Shown here one piece after another: positions 1 to 13,100 of a stretch of DNA of 64,000 nt. The translations under genes and the position numbers were made by a program. The notes below the pieces were generated by a model. That model saw only the letters and a list, made by a program, of their open reading frames with translations. It did not search any database and had not been told where the DNA came from. This DNA comes from the human T2T-CHM13v2.0 reference genome, Homo sapiens. The stretch is from the NCBI RefSeq assembly GCF_009914755.1, contig NC_060946.1. One strand, written 5' to 3'. Each line of letters opens with the position of its first letter. Positions within the stretch are counted from its first letter, which is position 1.

Positions 1-109
1 GAGGAGATGCTGGACTCGGAGGCACAGCGTCGTCGGGGTGTGGCCTTCCTCCCCAGGCCGCCGCCCGGCTCCTGCTCGCTCCTCGCACCCCCAAAGCCGT
101 TGGTGAGAC
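1..109 (-). CDS. BRD1: BRD1 coding exon, truncated by window edge
   Basis: Acceptor TTCCAG|GTCTCA; phase-1 continuation GLTNGFGGARSEQEPGGGLGRKATPRRRCASESSIS. Confidence 0.93.
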
Positions 110-723
110 CTGGAACACAGGCGGGCAGGCCCTGAGCTCAGCACAACCAGGGCACACTGAAGCATGACTCAACGACGTTACACTTGGAACACATCTTACA
201 AAGCACGTTTCACAGACAGGTAAGACAGCATCTTCCTTTTCACTCCCAAGTTCCCGAGCATAGTCCTTACAGTAAGCAGACACCAAAGTTACTCGTTAAA
301 TGAAATCAACTTAACAAACTGCAGTCGGCTCCGATCGTAGTAGTTTGCTGAGCACCATGAAGATGCTCCTCTTGACAAGCCCGGGTCTTTAGACAGGCTC
401 TGTGAAGGCAAAGAAAGGATGCCGTGAGCCTGCCATGGGGGCAGATGTGCAACCTGTGAGTGCAAACACGGGGGCGGCCTGTCCACGTGGGCACCGGCCG
501 CGTTTGAACGGAAACTTCACCAGGCCGAAGGGGCCACCAAAGACACAAAAACATGTTCACAGGAGCAGAGCTCCAGGGAATAGGAAATCAGGTTTTAAAA
601 AGAAAAAACCTTGGTTCAAAAGACAAGTGTTAACATGAAGTCAAAAATGCTGACGAAACACTTTAAAACACAAAATCCGGGGCCATCGCCGTGTCTGAGT
701 GTGTCTGGCCTCACTCACCATGA

Positions 724-1256
<533 letters not shown>

Positions 1257-1379
1257 ATGTGAATTTTTTTATCCAAAAAGAACCCCGTTTTCCTGCCTAC
1301 CTACCTCATCCTTAAAAAATTTTTAAATCTATTTCCAAAGGAAATTATGTAAATTTGTAAATAGAGCATTTCTGTAGAA

Positions 1380-1503
1380 TTTTTTTGGAAACGATGTCTC
1401 ACTCTGTCACCAAGGATGGAGTGCAATGGACTCCATGGCTCACTGCAACCTTGACCTCCTGGGCTCAAGTGATCCTCCTGCCTCAGCCTCCTGAGTGGCT
1501 GGG
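1380..1503 (-). mobile_element. Alu fragment
   Basis: Right-arm consensus. Confidence 0.8.
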
Positions 1504-1539
1504 AGGCATGTTTTGAAGGGAATGGCTGGACTGCGGGAT

Positions 1540-1690
1540 TTTCCACCCGCTTCGTACGCTTCCCGTCTGTTCTCAATGAGCACGACCGACTTTTCAATAC
1601 AGGGGCTGAATCAGCCTCCACCCGCTTCATACACTTGCTGTCTGTTCTCAATGAGCATGACTGACTGAAACAGAGGGGCTAAATCAAGCT
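1540..1690. repeat. Diverged 77-bp tandem duplication
   Basis: TCCACCCGCTTC..GTCTGTTCTCAATGAGCA at 1540 and 1617. Confidence 0.85.
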
Positions 1691-4157
1691 CAGAAGGGAA
1701 TGCACAGATTGGGCGGGTGCACTGCTGCCCTCCACAGACTCAAGTCAGACACCGGCTCCGTCTCTCCTGGACTGGAATGTACCGTGACCTCCAAGGGAAG
1801 CTCTGTGTTTCTCATTTTAACCTCGGTCATTTTAAGGCAGGAACTGTGGCCAGTTGGGGGTGTCATACTCATTTCTGGCAAGGGAACAAATAAATTTAAA
1901 AACCTACAGGAGAAGGCCTTGAGCCACACGCTGAGCTGCCCTGGGGCTCCACATGCTCCCCATACTCATCACAGAGTGGGCTCAGACCCTGCACACTCAG
2001 GCCCCGAAGATGTCTCAAGAGGGAATTAAAAGTCCCGTCCTGGCCCCCGAGAACCCCTCAGGAGCAGCGACTCCATCCCTACTCCAACCTGAGTGGGTGA
2101 AGGCAAGGGAAGCCCACCCAGCTCGCATCAGCAGTGGACGGACGGAGCCCAGCACCCCTGCCAGCATTCAGCCCACAGGCCCGGAGAGGGGTCTGCCAAC
2201 GCGTGTGACCCGTCTCCAGAGAGCAGCCACGAGCCTGGCGACCCACACCCCACAGCCCGGCCCCCAGCACACTCCAGACCCCAGGTGCAGGGTGAGCCTG
2301 CTCCAGGCTGAACAGACGCAGCCCAGGGCCTGGGTGGGGAGGCTTTTAGTAGTTACTGGTTGGCCGAGCAACGGCCACTTGGGGGAAGACGATGACCAGT
2401 GCGGCCTTCACAAGACTGCCCAGAGGTGCCAGCCTGAGGGCCCTAGCACGAGATCACCCGCAGCTGTGCCAGCACCAACACAGCCAAGCCATGCACAGAC
2501 CACTCAGCAGCCACGACGGCCCCGGCTCCGTGTGCATGGAGTGGGGCCAGGAAGGGGATTAAAACACAAGGCAAGTCCTTAATTCTCAGAAAGAGGAGAA
2601 TGATAAAATGCCCCTCTTAATTTTCCTAAGCATTCAGTGAGTGCGCGTATGACGCAAGAACACACAGAGGTTCTGCGTGTCACCCATGAAAATGTGACAG
2701 CACCCGGGAAGACGTGGGCAGCACAGACAAACCCAGCCCAACCGAGACACCACCCAGCAGGAGGCCTGGCGGGGGTGGGACAGCTGCAAGGCTTGCTAAC
2801 AGGCGGTCTGGGGGCTGCGGCAGTGCGGGGTCACCCAGGAAGCCAAGAAGCCAGACCAGGACACAGACACATCCCGGGAGGCTCTGCAGCCACCGCCTGG
2901 AGTCCCCAGAACCTCGGGGGAGCTGCAAGGTGGCCTGCGCTGCCCGGACCCTCCCAGCCTCCACCTGGACCACCAGAAAATAATCTAAGACAGCTATGGT
3001 TCTGAGATCTCTCAATCTCGGCCCTGCCAACTCCCGCCCTGGGAGGCTCTTCCAGCCAGCTGGGAGATGTCCACCATGACCCGCACCTCAGCACCCCTGC
3101 AAGGACCTCAGCCCAGAACATTCTGAAGCCCAGGCCAGCCTTGAGGTGGGGCCCAACGTGGGGAACCCAGGGCCTAAGGTCTGCAGAGATGGGTGCCCGG
3201 TCCATGAGGCATTTGCAAACAGCAGGCACTGAGGCCGAGCCCAAGCCTCTAAATCATGTAAATAGCAAGGGGCAACTTTCAGCAACTTTTTCAGCACGAG
3301 GTTTTTTTTTAACGCTGAAAGTAAAGCTGGTGACTGTGAGAAATACGTTAAAAGAGGCGGCGGCTGCCAGGAAAGAGCCGCTGCCCCATCAACACAGGAG
3401 CTGCACGGAATTCCCACAGCGGCCAGGGTCCACCCACCCTCAAGGGCCTTCCCAGTGACCTCCTAGGAGGCCAAAGACTGAACACAGAAATGTCCCTCTC
3501 TGCCCCCAAAGGAGATGGCGCAAAGGTGTCCCACAGCCCAGCCAAGCGCAGTCCCCGGAAGCCTGCCCGTCACCAGGTACGTCCACAGCACACCTGAAAC
3601 TGTCCCGGGAGGTCCCCAAAGGGTCTTCTGAGAGACTGAAGGCCACAGCGGCTGAGACACCGCCCCTCCCCACAGGGAAGAGAAGCCCCAGGGCCCACCT
3701 GGGGAGGCGGAGGCCTGCAGGTCTGACTGATGGGCCGTAGTCTCCTCTGGTCTCAGGCTCCCAGCCCCCAACCCATGTGGACACCACAAATCCTCCAGGC
3801 CACAGGTGTAAGAACACCAGGCCCTGATCAGTGGCTGCCGAGACACCTGAGGGCACGGAGCCATGGGAACGCAACCCCACAACACGGGATACAAGCCCGC
3901 CCCTGCCCGCCCCTGCCGCTGGCACCCAAGCTGCCACCTCGGCTTCTCCGGCTCATGGGAAGCTTGGCCGTATGAAGCAGGTGGGCTGAGCCTGCACCCT
4001 GAAGACCAGAGCCCTGAGGGCCCCACGCAGTGACAAAGGAGAGCCCACTATCTCCTGTTTTCAGTTTCACTTTTACCATCGTTAAAAGAAGAGCAGTTTT
4101 GGTGCATTTTTCAACCTCTCAACAAAAACACACACGGAAGAAGATTCCAACAGCACC

Positions 4158-5503
4158 CTGCTCTTGCTGGGACCTGCTCCGTGACAATGCAGCCGGGGAC
4201 GGTCAGAGACCGACCCAAGGCCCATGTTGCTGGGACCTGCTCCGTGACAATGCAGCCGGGACGGTCCGAGACAGACCCAAGGCCCAGGCCAGATGCCTGC
4301 ACAAGACTTGCTCCGTGACAATGCAGCCGGGGACGGTCAGAGACAGACCCAAGGCCTATGTTGCTGGGACCCGCTCCGTGACAATGCAGCTGGGACGGTC
4401 AGAGACAGACCCAAGGCCCAGGCCAGACGCCTGCACGAGACCTGCTCTTGCTGGGACCTGCTCCGTGACAATGCAGCCGGGGACGGTCAGAGACAGACCC
4501 AAGGCCCATGTTGCTGGGACCCGCTCCGTGACAATGCAGCTGGGATGGTCAGAGACAGAACCAAGGCCCAGGCCAGACGCCTGCACGAGACCTGCTCTTG
4601 CTGGGACCTGCTCCGTGACAATGCAGCCGGGGATGGTCAGAAACAGACCCAAGGCCCATCTTGCTGGGACCCACTCCGCGACAATGCAGCTGGGATGGTC
4701 AGAGACAGACCCAAGGCCCAGGCCAGATGCCTGCACAAGACTTGCTCTGTGACAATGCCGCTGGGGACAGTCAGAGACAGACCCAAGGCCCATCTTGCTG
4801 GGACCTGCTCCATGACAATGCAGCTGGGACGGTCAGAGACAGACCCAAGGCCCATCGTGCTGGGACTCGCTCCGTGACAATGCAGCTGGGATGGTCAGAG
4901 ACAGAACCAAGGCCCAGGCCAGACGCCTGCACGAGACCTGCTCTTGCTGGGACCCACTCCGCGACAATGCAGCTGGGATGGTCAGAGACAGACCCAAGGC
5001 CCAGGCCAGATGCCTGCACAAGACTTGCTCTGTGACAATGCCGCTGGGGACAGTCAGAGACAGACCCAAAGCCCATCTTGCTGGGACCTGCTCCATGACA
5101 ATGCAGCTGGGACGGTCAGAGACAGACCCAAGGCCCATCGTGCTGGGACCCGCTCCGCGACAATGCAGCTGGGATGGTCAGAGACAGACCCAAGGCCCAG
5201 GCCAGATGCCTGCACAAGACTTGCTCTGTGACAATGCCGCTGGGGACAGTCAGAGACAGACCCAAAGCCCATCTTGCTGGGACCTGCTCCATGACAATGC
5301 AGCTGGGACGGTCAGAGACAGACCCAAGGCCCATCGTGCTGGGACTCGCTCCGTGACAATGCAGCTGGGATGGTCAGAGACAGAACCAAGGCCCAGGCCA
5401 GACGCCTGCACGAGACCTGCTCTTGCTGGGACCCAGCTCCATGACAATGCAGCTGGGATGGTCAGAGACAGACCCAAGGCCCAGGACAGACGCCTGCACA
5501 AGA
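4158..5503. repeat. Compound minisatellite, 19 units of 62/63, 71 and 87/88 bp
   Basis: Core G[TC]GACAATGC or ATGACAATGC at 4181, 4244, 4315, 4378, 4465, 4528, 4615, 4678, 4749, 4812, 4874, 4961, 5032, 5095, 5157, 5228, 5291, 5353, 5441. Confidence 0.96.
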
Positions 5504-6360
5504 TCCCACGCACAGATGCCCCACCCCACGAGCAGGACTTCTCAGTTGGCCGCAGGGGCACTCAGCGTGGTGACCAGCAAGAGACAAACAGCAGCACTGC
5601 TCAAGAATCCACTGGGCATTGTGGGGAAAAAACAGAGGAAGGGGAAGTAAGGGGAGAAGGAAATCAGGTAGAAAACCCAGAAATACAGAAGATGCTAGCG
5701 AGTGAGTGAGCACGCACTGTCCATGCCACATCCTCAGACAGTGCCGAGCCAAGTTCCTCCATACCCCATGGCACAGACACAGCACAACGCGCCTGGGCAT
5801 GGCCGTCACACCCAAACCACCAGTCACTATGGGACGGCTCCGCACATGCTCAGGACAGCCTCAGAATGCTGTCCACTGTGTCGTCAGCTGCAGCAGGCTC
5901 CCAGTCGGTGCCGGGCTCTCCTCTGCGTCCTTCGTGACTGTCCAGAGGGAAGGCTGAGGTGCCACGACATCCCGCCAGCTCCAGGCGTGCACCGGGCGCC
6001 AGCACCATTCCCACTGCCGGGCTCTGACTTACAGAGGGGGTGGGCTGGGGTGGGGGAGAGCTCCTCCAGGGCTGCTGTTTGTGATTTTGTCTAGAGGATG
6101 TTTGAGCTGATGATTCCAATGTGATCCGCAAGAATTAAGTGAAAGGCAAGATGCAGTGATCTTTGTGCATTCCAAAACGGCCGCTTAGCAGAACTCCAGT
6201 CCAAGTTGAGGTAAGAGAAAATGATTAGGGTCCAAAGAGTGAACTACCCAGCACATTAGTGGTTAAAGTGAGAACCTGGAAAACAGTGAAAAAGCCATTT
6301 AGTCTGAATGAAAGGGCAGGACAGCTCAGCCTCCTCCCTGAACAGCCGAAGGACACTGAA

Positions 6361-6687
6361 GACACCCCCGCGCTCTCACGCCCCAGCACGTGCACATGGA
6401 GACTCGCAACAGGGGTCTCCGCAACGGCAGCGAGTGGACAAAGACATCCCCACACTCTCAAGCCCCAGCACATGCACACAGAGACTCGCAGCAGGGGTCT
6501 CCGCAACGGCGGTGAGTGGACAAAGACACCCCCGCGCTCTCACGCCCCAGCACGTGCACAGGGAGACTCGCGGCAGGGGTCTCCGCAACGGCGGCGAGTA
6601 GACAAAGACACCCCCACGCTCTCACACGCCCCAGCACGTGCACACAGAGACTCGCAGCAGGGGTCTCCGCAACGGCGGCGAGTGGAA
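6361..6687. repeat. 82-bp minisatellite, 4 copies
   Basis: Units start at 6361, 6443, 6525, 6607. Confidence 0.95.
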
Positions 6688-9124
6688 GGCCGCTTCAGGT
6701 GACGGTTCACTGCTGGTGAGCGTGCAGTCACGGAGGAAGGAAGCCACGAGTCAGGGCCAGACTCTGGGGCTGGGCCATCGCAGGAACAGAAGCCTGGCGC
6801 ACAGCACAGCCGGCCCGCGGGCGACACGGGCAGGAGGCCCACAGTGAGTGCGTCGCCTCAGGACCAGCGACCCTGTTCAGCCTAACTCAGAATTGTGCGT
6901 GTGCTGGAAAATGCCAGATAACTCCCTAAAGTTCAGAGCACACAGATGCATGTATGGAAAACATCAGAAGGTTCCGGATAATTCCTGTCCTAAGACTGCG
7001 AAGAACTGCAGCTCTGGGCAAGAAATCCCCCATGTGCAGAGCACCAGAAGGTTCCGGTGAAACCAAAGCGAGGGCGGATGGCGGGACTGGCACCATTCAG
7101 AGCACGCCCAGCCCTTCCCCGGGCGCCTCGGCCACAGCAGTGGAATGCCTCCCACTCCCGAGGGCCTGGTCTTAATGCTGCTGAGGCTCCCGGCTGCTCA
7201 GGAGAGAGCTCAGGAACTCACCGCACCTCCACGGAAATCCACTGTCACTCGGAAATGAGAGAGCAGAAATCTCCACTTCAGTCAGGATCAGAGGGCACCA
7301 TGATTCTCAAAAGCCACCATGGGCCACGCTCACTGAAGGTCTGCAGTAAGACTGCTCTACACCACCGTCACCACGGGAAGCCCGCAAAACACTCCACTCC
7401 AATGTAAGACAGTGGCCCGGAGGGGACACGTGCTCTTCTACAAGGGACATCTGATGAACGAGCCTGAGAGGTTGCTGAGGACGTGGCCGCCAGCCGGCAA
7501 AACTGTCCACAGTGGGAGCCCACAGCTGGGGCAGGGCCCGGTCAGGTGGGGCCACCTGGTGGAAACCACCACGTGAGCATCCTGCTGAGTGTCGACGGGA
7601 GGCCGCCTCAAACCCCAGCCCCACGGCCGGCAGGGCCTCCACGCACGCAGCCCCATACCTCTGCCGCCGACAGACGTGAAACCCCGAGGAAGTGGAGCGT
7701 CAGCCGAACTCCAAGTTCTGCATGCAGAGGGGACGCCCACAATTACACTGACCCAACCTCTAGTACCCAGTGCACAGCACCCTGACCCGATTCATCACAG
7801 AATTTCCGGGGTGCTTGGAAAACCAGGTCAGAGTCTTTCACCAAAGGTGGCTAAGAAAGACCAACGTGGTTAAGACACATCCCCCAGTCCTGAGTCAAGG
7901 ACATCTATTCTTATTGGTATCTTGTGAAACATTTCAATAGCTTCCTATTACTTAGAAAGCAAAAAAGCTTTTTCAAATTATTTTAAAATGCCAATTTAAC
8001 ATCAATCCATCAAAGTAAAAGGACATGGGTAGAAAATTTCTACACATTCAGTTACGTGCAAAATTTTCATACAAATCAAAATGAAATTTACCAGAAATTA
8101 CTTTGGCAACAAGACGCATGACCTGCTTGCTGGCAAGGGTAGGAAGTGAGCCTCCTTCTGCACAAAGACCTTTGACAGTGCCTGGTCTCACTCCCCTCCC
8201 CGGACGCTTCAGGCCAGAGACCAGCAGAAGGAACAGGGACAAGATGTGAGGGAGTGGCCTGGGCAGGTCTTGCCCACCACAGCCTTCCATCTGCACCCGG
8301 CCTGGTGAGGCTCCATGACACAGGACTCACTTGCTGCCACTCTGGGAAATAAGCAACACCCACCCAGCCCCACCCTCTCTCACTGCTCAAGTGCACGAGG
8401 CACCACGGCACACCAGCACAGCCAGGAGAAAATGCGCATCTCCTTATCTAGGTATAACAGGCAGACAGGACAGACGGGAACCAAGCCTTGACTCGGGACA
8501 AAAACCAAAATGACAAACATGCTCCAGACACGCTTCCAGAAAAGAGTCGCTGGCAACCTGAGCCGGCACCTCCAGAAGCGCAGCCAGTACCGAAGAAGCA
8601 AACCGATGACAGCTGCTCCTCTTTAAAGGACAAACTCCTCAGCTTCCTCTGAGGGGCGGGGAGCAGAGGCTGCAGGAACACAGCGGCCTCCTCAAAGTGC
8701 TCCCAGCACAGCACACACACGGCAACACCCTCACCGAGGAATTCAACAGAGTTCAGTTACAAAAGCGCAGCAAGAGATGAGAAGCGCTTTCCAGTGCTAT
8801 TTCAGCAGGTCCTAATACCTCATCACATATGTGGCTAAGAGGGCCACATAAAACAATGAGTAAATGTTGCTGAAATCAACTGCAAAGTACTGCATTTACC
8901 ACAGGGGCAGGTCCTCTCAGAGGTCCAGGGAAGGGCCAGGCTCAACCCCAGGTCCTAGGTCTGTGGGGCTGCAAGGAGACCTGACTGAGGGTTGCAGAGT
9001 CGAGCTCCCACAAGTGCTGGGAGCGGCCAGTCACCAGCTTATCCAGATGTGCACAGCAAAGTCAAGATGACCAATTAAAACTACACCTGAATTCATTCTC
9101 AGTACTTTTTTAAAGATCAGAAGG

Positions 9125-9385
9125 GGCCAGGTGCAGCGGCTCACACATCTAATCCCAACACTTTGGGAGTCAGAGGCCAGGAGTTCAAGACCAGCCGGGA
9201 CAACACAGCGAGACCCCCATCTCTACCAAAAATTTTCAAATTAGCTGGGAGTGGTGGTGTGCACCTGTAGTCCCAGCTACACAAGAGGCTGAGGCAGGAG
9301 GATCACCTGAGCCCAGGAGTTGGAGGCTGCAGTGAGCCACTCACTCCAGCCTGGGTGACAAAGCAAGACTCTCTTAAAAAAAAAT
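9125..9385 (+). mobile_element. Alu (old, with internal deletions)
   Basis: Alu consensus with A tail. Confidence 0.9.
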
Positions 9386-9685
9386 CAGAGAGGAAGTATG
9401 TGGCAGAAGACAGGACCAAGGACCATCGACCCCTGGCCCAGGGCAGCCCAGCAAGGTTGCACAATCTCTCGTGGCAAACAGGCCCCCCACGAAGGCGCCG
9501 GCCTCAGACCCGCAACTCAAGGCTTTTCAAAGAAAACACTGCACTGTTGTCTTCTCTGGAAATTAAGAGAATGCTGCAAAAACAGAAGCTGGACACCCCC
9601 CCCCCGCCGTCACACCAATGATCCTGAAGGACGCTCCAGGCACTGGTCGGCAAGGGCGCCTCTCAGGGCCGCCCGCGGCATTTAC

Positions 9686-10183
9686 CTGCGTCCAGGCGCT
9701 TTCCTGGGGACTCCTCCTCCACCTCGGAGTCTCCGCATGTGCTCCGCGACCTTTTCCTTGGCTGCAGAAGAGTCTCCAACCTCGGAAGGACTACAGACAA
9801 AAAGGTTTTGGTCCCTAGCTGAGGAGAAGTTGGCTGGGTTTCAGTGTTCTTGGCAGACTTTGGGGGGCTTACACTTTTCGATTTGCAGAAGAGAACAGAA
9901 GTGCGTCTGTTTACATCGCTTGCTGGCTCCGCCACCGCGGAGGCCGCCGCCGCCGGCACATCGCCACTACTGGCGCGGGTGGGCTCTGGAGGGCGTCCGC
10001 TTACCAGTGCGCTCTGAGTGCAAGCGCTATGTGATTCATTATCAAATGTGACTCTTTTGAAAAGTTTACTCTGCTCTGGGTTGAGTTCTACTGGTTTGAG
10101 GGTTGGTGGTTCTGAATTAGTCTCCGAGTTTGAAGGAAGAGGTAATGCATCTGATGGTTCAAGTTTAGGGGGAGATTTATCTC
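9686..10183 (-). CDS. BRD1: BRD1 coding exon with alternative acceptors: long form 498 nt (from 10183), short form 105 nt (from 9790); 131-aa difference
   Basis: Acceptors TTTTCAG|GAGATA and TCTGTAG|TCCTTC are 393 nt apart and in frame; donor CAG|GTAAAT; open frame GDKSPPKLEPS..VLPRLETLLQPRKRSRS. Confidence 0.93.
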
Positions 10184-13100
10184 CTGAAAAAATTATAAAT
10201 AAAGTGATTTTTGAAAACTGAAGATTATAAAATCTATTATAAAACTTACTATAAATGTGAAGTCCACCAAAATACTAATTCAGTTAAGGAAACAAGGCAT
10301 CGCATGTACTGTCTGCTCGGCAGTGTGGGCCCCGTGGGCTCGGGCCACACTGTGTGTGCTTCCCTAACGCCAAAGGCTGCGGCCCTGGGTGCAGTGCCCA
10401 GGCACACAGTTACTCTCTGAAAAAAACTGTGAAAGATTATTTCACATGCGCCAATATTAAACACGTCACTCGAGTTCATGACAGTTTCTGCAATGAATAA
10501 TTCACTTACCTTGAGGAAGAAAAGGTATCTCACATAACTAAAGGGGCCTTAAACGGGCATTCCCACAGAGCTCTACTGGGCCACGAAGTTAGCAAATAAA
10601 AGGAAGGCAACATTAAATCTGATCTCTGGTCAAGGTCTTAAGTCAAAAATGCAAAAACAAACAAACAAACAAAAAAAACAGGGAGTGGTGAGTGGCTGTG
10701 GATGATTTTCAAGAAAGGCAGGGAAAAAAGCCCCGCTCCCCACAGCACAGAAGTCCGTGCCACGTTCCCAAATATTGTGATGGGAGCTTTCAGGAAAAAA
10801 AAATCTGACTTTTAAAAATAAGAAGTCTTTGGAAAAAGACGGCTTTAACCTCTTTTTAAAGTCTTTTTGACATTATAAAAACCGGAAGTGTGAAATGGTA
10901 AAAAGCCCGAGGTCAGGAGGACGGCCTGGGGCTGGTCTGTGGGGCTCTGTGCACTGTCCCGAGTCCAGGGGGCCGGACAGGCTCTGGCACGAGGCTAACA
11001 GGGCGAGGCGACGCCACAACAAGCCAAGCCCAGCCACTGAGGCTTCCTTCCAAGCAGGACCGGTACTGACAACAGGAAGTGTGACATAAAACCAAGGATT
11101 TTGTGATTATTTAAAGTGACATAAAACACTTTAAATAATCCTTAGTATATATTATCACTGGGTACAGTTTTCATTTCATTAAACCTGCAAACTTTCCTAA
11201 AACCGTTTGAAGTATGTATGGTTACTATTGTCATTCAAAAAGTTGTTTTGAAAATACAAAACTACACAACTTAACAGGACTCAGAGCAATGTTTTGAGGC
11301 TGAAGAAAGTTCTCCCAAGGCTGGGCCATGACGCCGGGCAGCAGTGCTTTCGGCTGCGAGGTGCCTCTGATTTTAAATGACACTCGGCGCCTTAGAGCAC
11401 CTCACAGCCAATTCAAATACAAGGGGGAAGCCTCACCTCAACAAAAAGCCTCCCGTGTCAGCCGCAGGGAGCACAGCTGTCATGTGGGAATGCTGGATCC
11501 CAAGGCAGGGGCACATGCGAGGTGACAAAACTCCCTCCCTCCTGTTCAATGTCGCCAACAGGCTTAAGGAAAAGGTGTTTGTGAAACACCTGGGAACACT
11601 GGCCGGAGGGAACTGGGCAATGCGGAGAAGGGCTGCTGAAAGGCTGCTCATGAGCATCCCTGGTGCCTGTACAGCAGCAGGAGGGGATTCAGCACTGAGC
11701 CTGCAGCGTCCTGACGCAGCTGGTGTCTGGGGCACAGGGCCTGGGGCCTCACTTCACTTCCTGCCTCCTCTTCCACCTCCTAGCCTCCCCCCCCCGCCCC
11801 GAGCTCTCGCCCTGATTACGACATTCAACTGCTCACTGCAATCCCAATGGCCTCTGCAGGGCCAAGGCCAGTGGTCAACCCCAGTCTTGGCCTCTATGGG
11901 TGCAACAGCACCCGGCCAGCAGAGATGGAGCCTGAAGGAGTCTCCTCCCAGCACCTCCGGGAGACCCCCCTTCCCCCAACCACCTACAGCCCACCTTCTC
12001 CACAGCTATCTAACGGGCACCGTAAACCCCCATCTCCTGCTTCTGGTGCAACCCTCAGAACCACCACTCCTGTCTGGCAGGAGCCCTGAGACGTGCAGAC
12101 GTCCCTGCCTTGCAGCAGGCCCTCCCCAACCATGGTCCACAACCCCTCCTCCACACCTCCAGCTCTCGGCCCAGCTAGGATGCCCCATGTGGGACTCATA
12201 ACCATCTCCACGCTGCAGGGACTTCCCTAACCCCTGGTCTATCCCAAAGCGGGCCCCTGTGGCCCTGTCTCAGCCATGCATGCACCCCACACGCCCCTGG
12301 CCTCTCTGCGGCAGCTCCACATGCAGGCCGGGCTCCAGCCGCCAGCACGCAGGCTAAAGGATGCGTTCCTGCAGCACTGACCAGAGGCACAAAGGAGGCC
12401 GTGGTCAGGAACAGAGGTCGCTGTCGTCTGGGTGCTCAGCCACCTGCCCAGCCGGGACCACACAGGCCCCTCCCCCAGCCGGGACCACAGAGGCCCCCGG
12501 ACCGTTCAGTGCCTCAGTTCCTCATCCATAAAATCAGAAAAAAACAGGACCTGAGCCTCCAGGCTCCACGACACAACAGGCAAGCCCAACCCGTCCCTCG
12601 AGTGGAAATGTGACTGGAAGTTGACATACAAGAAGGAAGACTCCTCTCAAAGCTCACTGACTCTGGGCCATCTCAGGCTGTCACTGAACTGCACATGGGA
12701 AAAGCTCAGAACATGCTCGATACAACTCGGGCATAAGCCTCTCAGACCCCGTCAATGTATCAGTCAGGATCCTAGAATTCCAGTCCCTGGAACTTGTCAC
12801 ATATTCCAAATGGCAAAATGGTTATCTAATCCAAACCAGCTACTCTAAGAAACTAAAACCTAGTTAAGTCTGCAAGAACAATTCCGCAATATTTTGCCCA
12901 CCTGGCCACCTGCTATGTCAATCAAAGGTTTCTGTATCGAAGCCACAAGACGCTTTGGAAAATCACAGCGTAACACAGGCAGACATTTCAGCTCACGAGC
13001 AGCAACCACACTGTCCCTCCAACAACCCTGCCTCAAGCCTCCGTCCTCTGCAATCCTGAAGGGACAAAGCTGCGTACTCCGCACCTTCTACCCCGAGGAA

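Noticed and set aside
1953-2582. 209-aa ATG-initiated plus-strand ORF (likewise 11377-12201)
   Set aside because: Antisense intronic, GC-driven composition, no splice or domain support
4030-5709. Overlapping repetitive ORFs; superficial CRISPR-like periodicity
   Set aside because: Minisatellite translation; no unique spacers, no cas genes, human context
8828-8850. 8-bp stem-loop TATGTGGC/GCCACATA
   Set aside because: Short enough to arise by chance in 64 kb
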